Source: Octopus vulgaris (taxonomy: Eukaryota). From it: a DNA stretch of 64,000 nt. Position numbers and translations under genes: made by a program. Where the stretch lies: the NCBI GenBank assembly GCA_951406725.2, contig OX597829.1:46934001-46998000 (forward strand), read 5' to 3'. A model generated the notes under the pieces. It made no database searches. It was not told where the DNA came from and saw only the letters and a program-made list of their open reading frames with translations. Below, in pieces: positions 59,906-64,000 of this stretch. Numbering within the stretch: position 1 is the first letter of the stretch; each line of letters begins with the position of its first letter.

Positions 59906-60142
59906 TGTGGTGGTGGTGGTGGTGGTTGTGGTGGTGGTGGTAGTAGTGGTAGTAGTAGTAGTAGTAGTAGTAGTAGTAATAGTAGTGGTTGTGGTGGTGG
60001 TAGTGGTAGTGCTGGTAGTGGTGGTGGTGGTGGTGGTGATGGTATTAGTAGTAGTAGTAGTAGTTGTCGTTGTCTTTGTTTTGTTTTTGTTGTTTTAGTA
60101 ATAGCAGCAGTAGCAGCAGTGGCAGCAGCGGCATTTTGTAGC

Positions 60143-60212
<70 letters not shown>
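59744..60212. repeat. (AGT)n/(GGT)n compound microsatellite
   Basis: Direct inspection. Confidence 0.95.
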
Positions 60213-60689
60213 CTACTAGCAGCACCATTGAGGTGAAGTGAAGCGTGATATGAAGAAGTAGGGAAAAATCGAAGAACTGTCAGGTAAATTTCTAATGTGT
60301 GAAGTTCACAAGACAGCGTTCAAAGGAAATGCCTACATTTTGTGAAAAATAAGATCGATAAAGTATAAAAGAGAAAGAAAAAAAAAAGAAAAAAGTTAGC
60401 AGACAGACAGACAGGCTTATGACGACAAATCTAGTCGACTTAAAGTAACAGAATAGTTTCGGTAGGATATATATTTTGTTGTATCTTAAACAGGGCATGC
60501 TAATAGTAACAGCAACAACAACAACAACAACAACAACAACAGCAACAGCAACTAATACAAAAATAACAACAACAATGATGATGATGATAATGATGACGAA
60601 TCGTGTCTGTGTTTACTTATAGATGAAAGCGATCTGCCTAAATCACAAGTTGTAAAGCAACATGCATAGATAGATAGATAGATAGATAC

Positions 60690-60782
<93 letters not shown>

Positions 60783-60793
60783 TAGATAGATAC

Positions 60794-61031
<238 letters not shown>

Positions 61032-61452
61032 GGATAGACGGATGGATGGATGGATGGATGAATGAATGGATGGATGGATGGATGGATGGATGGATGGAAA
61101 GAGAGACAGATAGACAGACAGACAGAAAGTTAGCTTGATAGAGAGAGAGAGAGATACATGCATATTTACATACATGTAAGTTAAAATTTAAGTTTAAATC
61201 TAAATTCAAAATTTAAACTGCGTTTTTGAGTATGTCCCTAGTGGTATGCCAACAAAGAACGTTCATTCCTAATGGCCACGTGGTGTCAGCCACGGTAATT
61301 GTGCAATCGTCGCTGGATTTGCATTGGAAATTCATCCGTGCATTTTGAGTATAGTAGAAACAATTGATACGGTAAATAGAGTATACTGGAAACGTAATTT
61401 ATCACAACGATCGTTTCGATACATCCTGCACCTTTTCCTTGTGCGTGGTAAA

Positions 61453-61758
61453 TCTTTATATATAAAATTCAAGTTGTGTGTGTGAGACTCTGTCTTCTCC
61501 TATTTAGATTCCTAACTACTCCTACATTTTGCGGTGCAGTTTAACCAAAAGCGGGTATCTTATAGTCGTCATTCATATCAAGCCCTTCTGCGATTTAGCG
61601 CACGTCTACGATGAGTCTACGATTTTAAAAAACATTTACCATCATTTTTCCGCACTTTTAATGATTTTTGCTCGGGTTATATAAGGGAAGTAACTCTAAA
61701 AATGCTTATATTAGTTATTTCCCTTACAAACCCGAGCAACGCCGGATGATACTGCTAG
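61453..61758 (+). mobile_element. Non-autonomous Helitron
   Basis: A|TCTTTATATATAAAA ... CCCGAGCAACGCCGGA...CTAG|T. Confidence 0.85.
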
Positions 61759-62079
61759 TTATACAATAAATTACATTACACTGCACAATGCAGGAGCATT
61801 TCTTCAGGTAATGGAACTCAGTTTCCCGTCACATAAGTAATGTTTCACTCTTAAACTTAACTAGACCATCTTGATGGTGGTCCTATCTAGAATAGCAAGG
61901 AATAGGTTAAGTTGCTGGGCTGAGGTAGCAAACAGAAAGTAATTAAGACAAATACAATACAAAGAATAAAGAAAGGTAAAGCAAACGATAAATTAAAATT
62001 AAACTCTATAAAATGTATCAGAATTTGTCCGTCTCTATTATAAGTTAGCTGCTGGTAATAGATCCTTCGATAGTTGGCC

Positions 62080-62150
<71 letters not shown>

Positions 62151-62452
62151 GTATTTCTAAATTGAATTTTTCCCTGTAAGTTAGGAATAATATTCCCTCA
62201 AATTATGATATATATATATATATACATATATATACACATAAATATATAGATATACATATATATATATATATATACAGATATATACATACATATATATATA
62301 AAGATATATACATATATATATATACATATACATATATATATATATATATATATACATACACATATAAATATATATATATATAAATATATGCAAATATATA
62401 TATATATATACATGTATATACAGATATATATATATACATATAGATATATATA

Positions 62453-62572
62453 TTGGTAAAAACGGTAAGATAACAAAAGAAAGAAAGAGACCTCAATATT
62501 ATGTAAATAGAGGAAATTTATCTGTAAATTAATGTTACCATTATTCAATGGTAACATATTAATTTACAGATA
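62453..62572 (-). mobile_element. Short insert in (TA)n ending in a 24-bp fold-back
   Basis: IR 62519-62542/62547-62572; strand and PLE origin inferred by analogy. Confidence 0.45.
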
Positions 62573-62597
62573 TACATACATATATATATATATACAG

Positions 62598-62742
<145 letters not shown>

Positions 62743-62905
62743 CACACCTCCTTAGTTACCGCCGGCCTAATTCACTCATAAGGCATCGGTCGGTTCGGAG
62801 CTGTAATAAAAGATACATGCCTCAGGTGACTCGCGGAGGGATTGAACACGAAGTCAAATAGGTGCAAAGAGAGCTTCTCAATCGTAAATCGTATCTGCGC
62901 TTATG

Positions 62906-62948
<43 letters not shown>

Positions 62949-62993
62949 ACTCTCTTTCTCATGCAGATATATGTATATATTTAATAATATGTG

Positions 62994-63052
<59 letters not shown>

Positions 63053-63742
63053 CAACTATTATGGGTGTATGCCGTATATGTATGTATGCACACACATATG
63101 TATACATACACATACATGCATACATACTTGCATACATACACATACATACATTCATACATACATACATACATACATACATACATACATACATACATACATA
63201 CATACATGCATACATACATACATACATACATACATACATACATACATACATACATACATACACATACATACATTCATACATACATACATACATACATACA
63301 TTCATACATACATACATACATACATACATACATACATACATACATACATACATACATACATACATACATACATACATACATACATACATGCATACATACA
63401 TACATTTCTTTACGTGAAAAGAAAGCGAGGCAGGGTTGCCCTGGCCGGTTTCCAAACTCATTTCATTTTCATCAAACATAAGAAAGCAATATTGCTAATA
63501 GCTACCAACAGTCACCAATTTGCATAATTTGCGCTTTCTTGGTGAGTTATTTAAATTAATCATCTGACAATTTAATTACTTATTCATTTAACAGCGTTTT
63601 ACTTTGGAGTATATTTTTACTGCAAGGCAAAAGTAAAATCTTCTTAGAAACACAATTAAGCGGCGCCATGTTTTAGCATATGCTAAATAATATGAATTTT
63701 TCTATCACTATATATACATGTATGTATATATATGTGTGTGTG

Positions 63743-64000
<258 letters not shown>

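Noticed and set aside
59696-60241. Ser/Gly-rich or Pro/Leu-rich ORFs, and His-rich ORF at 42591-43070
   Set aside because: Compound trinucleotide microsatellites with no unique coding flanks.

Overview
AT-rich animal genomic DNA saturated with microsatellites and transposons. The SINE/microsatellite landscape looks like a coleoid cephalopod such as Octopus; this is inferred, not proven. No intact host protein-coding gene is evident, and nearly all ORF-track entries are microsatellite or SINE read-throughs. Contents: (1) four tRNA-headed SINE groups (A with an internal TA/TG tract, B young with TSDs, C with a Meta-like central block, and CORE-type); (2) R4/Dong-clade non-LTR retrotransposon pieces inserted in (TAA)n; (3) CR1 and RTE 3' ends; (4) degenerate Penelope-like (PLE) RT/GIY-YIG remnants; (5) mariner, pogo-like and DD37D maT DNA transposon relics; (6) three non-autonomous Helitrons; (7) an ~803 bp tandem duplication. 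The main hidden signal is about 10 full or partial minimal hammerhead ribozyme (HHR) motifs in several distinct short non-coding elements, some with 5' fold-back inversions. One (34795-35196, minus) reads tRNA-like Pol III head + (AAT)n + intact HHR + PLE-type tail. A sister copy (20443-20552) starts about 1 nt from the predicted self-cleavage site and carries a perfect fold-back. All alignments and folds were done by eye.
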